A stretch of 64,000 nt of DNA, from assembly GCF_009914755.1 (NCBI RefSeq), contig NC_060927.1; one strand, written 5' to 3'. Made by a program: the position numbers and the translations under genes. Origin of the DNA: the human T2T-CHM13v2.0 reference genome, Homo sapiens. Position 1 is the first letter of the stretch. Every line of letters starts with the position of its first letter. Below the pieces are notes generated by a model. That model did no database searches, was not told where the DNA came from, and saw only the letters and a program-made list of their open reading frames with translations. Of this stretch, positions 61,301 to 64,000 are shown in pieces.

Positions 61301-64000
61301 TATATATTATGTACTGTACATAAAATATCAAAGTACCCAAGGTATATATTCTATACTGTACAAAAAATATCAAAGTACCCAAAGCATGTATTATATAATG
61401 TACATAAAATATGAAAGTATATCAAATATATATTTTATTCTGTACATAAAATATCAAAGTACACCAGATATATATTCTATAGCGTACATAAAATATCAAA
61501 GTACACAAACTATACATTATATACTGTACATAAAATATGAAATTACATCAAATATATATTATATTAGGTAAATGAAATATGAAAGTACATCAAATATAGA
61601 TTATATACTGTACATAAAATATGAAAGTACCCCAAATATATATTATATACTCTACTTGAAATATCAAAGTTCACAAACTATATATTATATACTGTACATA
61701 AAATATCAAAGTACCCAAGGTATATATTCTATCCTGTACAAAAAATATCAAAGTATCCAAAGCATGTATTATATACTGTATATAAAATATGAAAGTACAT
61801 CAAATATATATTTTATTCTGTACATAAAATATCAAAGTACACCAGATATATATTCTATAGCGTACATAAAATATCAAATTACACAAACTATACATTATAT
61901 ACTGTACATAAAATATGAAATTACATCAAATATATATTATATTAGGTACATAAAATATGAAAGTACATCAAATATAGATTATATACTGTAAATATAATAT
62001 CAATGTACCCCAAATATATATTTTATACTCTACATGAAATATCAAAGTTCACAAACCATATATTATATACTGTACATAAAATATCAAAGTACCCAAGGTA
62101 TATATTCTATACTGTACAAAAAATATCAAAGTACCCAAAGCATGTATTATATACTGTACATAAAATATGAAAGTACATCAAATATATATTTTATTCTGTA
62201 CATAAAATATCAAAGTACACCAGATATATATTCTATAGTGTACATAAAATATCAAAGTACCCAAACTATACATTATATACTGTACATAAAATATGAAATT
62301 ACATCAAATATATATTATATTAGGTAAATGAAATATGAAAGTACATCAAATATAGATTATATACTGTACATAAAATATGAAAGTACCCCAAATATATATT
62401 ATATACTCTACATGAAATATCAAAGTTCACAAACTATATATTATATACTGTACATAAAATATCAAAGTACCCAAGGTATATATTCTATACTGTACAAAAA
62501 ATATCAAAGTATCCAAAGCATGTATTATATACTGTATATAAAATATGAAAGTACATCAAATATATATTTTATTCTGTACATAAAATATCAAAGTACACCA
62601 GATATATATTCTATAGTGTACATAAAATATCAAAGTACCCAAACTATACATTATATACTGTACATAAAATATGAAATTACAGCAAATATATATTATATTA
62701 GGTACATAAAATATGAAAGTACATCAAATATAGATTATATACTCTACATTAAATACCAAAGTACCCAAATATATATTTTATACTGTACATGAAATATCAA
62801 AGTTCACAAACTATATATTATATACTGTACATAAAATATCAATGTACCCAAGGTATATATTCTATACTGCACAAAAAATATCAAAGTACCCAAAGCATGT
62901 ATTATATACTGTATATAAAATATGAAAGTACATCAAATATATATTTTATTCTGTACATAAAATATCAAAGTACACCAGATATATATTCTATAGTGTACAT
63001 AAAATATCAAAGTACCCAAACTATACATTATATACGGTACATAAAATATGAAATTACATCAAATATATATTATATTAGGTACATTAAATACGAAAGTACA
63101 TCAAATATAGATTATATACTGTACATAAAATATGAAAGTACCCCAATATATATTATATACTCTACATGAAATATCAAAGTTCACAAACTATATATTATGT
63201 ACTGTACATAAAATATCAAACTACCCAAGGTATATATTCTATACTGTACAAAAAATATCAAAGTACCCAAAGCATGTATTATATAATGTACATAAAATAT
63301 GAAAGTACATCAAATATATATTTTATTCTGTACATAAAATATCAAAGAACACCAGATATATATTCTATAGTGTACATAAAATATCAAAGTACCCAAACTA
63401 TACATTATATACTGTACATAAAATATGAAATTACATCATATATATATTAGGTACATAAAATATGAAAGTACATCAAATATATATTTTATTCTGTACATAA
63501 AATATCAAAGTACACCAGATATATATTCTATAGTGTACATAAAATAACAAAGTACACAAACTATAAATTATATACTGTACATAAAATATGAAATTACATC
63601 AAATATATATTAGGTACATAAAATATGAAAGTACATCAAATATAGATTATATACTGTACATATAATATCAATGTACCCGAAATATATATTTTATACTCTA
63701 CATGAAATATCAAAGTTCACAAACCATATATTGTATACTGCACATAAAATATCAAAATACACAAGGTATATATTCTATACTGTACAAAAAATATCAAAGT
63801 ACCCAAAGCAGGTATTATATACTGTATATAAAATATGAAAGTACATCAAATATATATTTTATTCTGTACATAAAATATCAAAGTACCCCAGATATATATT
63901 CTATAGTGTACATAAAATATCAAGGTACCCAAACTATATATTATATACTGTACATAAAATATGAAATTACAGCAAATATATATTATATTAGGTACATAAA

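Larger units (their letters stand above)
1..64000 (+). repeat. Human Satellite 1A (HSat1A / classical satellite I / SAR) array, 42-bp monomer
   Basis: Continuous 42-bp periodicity across the window. GTAC (RsaI) sites alternate at 17/25-bp spacing, giving ACATAAAATATCAAAGT + ACCCAAACTATATATTATATACTGT-type units (about 9 G/C in 42). This matches the known A(17)/B(25) structure of satellite I from memory; no database search was run. The chromosome of origin, and human versus other great ape, cannot be assigned from the sequence alone. Confidence 0.95.
15..64000 (+). repeat. 378-bp (9 x 42) higher-order repeat, about 159 units
   Basis: The marker ACATGAAATATCAAAGTTCACAAAC recurs with its ATG at 17, 394, 772, 1150, 1528, 1906, 2284 and onward (377-378 spacing). 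Nine monomers are distinguishable in fixed order: m1 TCACAAAC, m2 CCCAAGGT, m3 ACAAAAAA..AAGCATG, m4 ATTTTATTCTGT, m5 CACCAGAT, m6 CTATACATT, m7 GAAATTAC..TTAGGT, m8 ATAGATT, m9 ACCCCAA. Confidence 0.97.

Noticed and set aside
17-63450. The many ORFs (MKYQSSQTIYY...) as protein-coding genes or a repeat-protein locus
   Set aside because: They are translations of the 42-bp satellite. Starts and ends follow unit phase and indels, and there are no unique domains, no unique flanking sequence and no sign of frame preservation.
1-64000. CRISPR-like array (conserved 17-bp part alternating with a more variable 25-bp part)
   Set aside because: The 25-bp parts are homologous to each other and recur every 9 monomers rather than being unique spacers. 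There is no leader and no cas gene.
1-64000. Alpha satellite/CENP-B boxes, HSat2/3, HSat1B or telomeric repeats
   Set aside because: No 171-bp period, CENP-B box, CATTC runs, Alu-derived segment or TTAGGG arrays were seen. The TTAGGT in m7 is a single isolated hexamer per unit.
1-64000. Embedded transposon, unique-sequence island or inversion
   Set aside because: Unit markers continue in the same orientation at accountable spacings throughout. Every spacing is explained by whole monomers plus 1-, 2- or 5-bp indels.

Overview
The whole 64 kb window is one uninterrupted, single-orientation, roughly 80% AT tandem satellite array. It matches human Satellite 1A (classical satellite I, RepeatMasker SAR). 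The 42-bp monomer is a 17-bp part (ACATAAAATATSAAAGT) plus a 25-bp part (ACMYMAAATATATATTATATACTGT-like). Monomers are organised as a 9-mer 378-bp higher-order repeat, about 159 units by my manual count. I see no genes, transposons, CRISPR arrays or inversions; all ORFs in the track are translations of the satellite. Above the 378-bp level the array is a mosaic of recurrent structural variants (373, 377, 380, 252, 536, 539 and 583 bp) and local super-repeats (751, 1291, about 1511, 3760, 4351, 5244 and 6444 bp), plus copies dispersed over long range. The most interesting functional hypothesis is that the + strand carries about 6 perfect Pumilio response elements (TGTAHATA) per 378 bp and the - strand essentially none, so a sense transcript could act as a NORAD-like PUM1/2 sponge. 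That is inference, not demonstration. All periods were derived by hand from ORF-track offsets and diagnostic variants, not from computed alignments.
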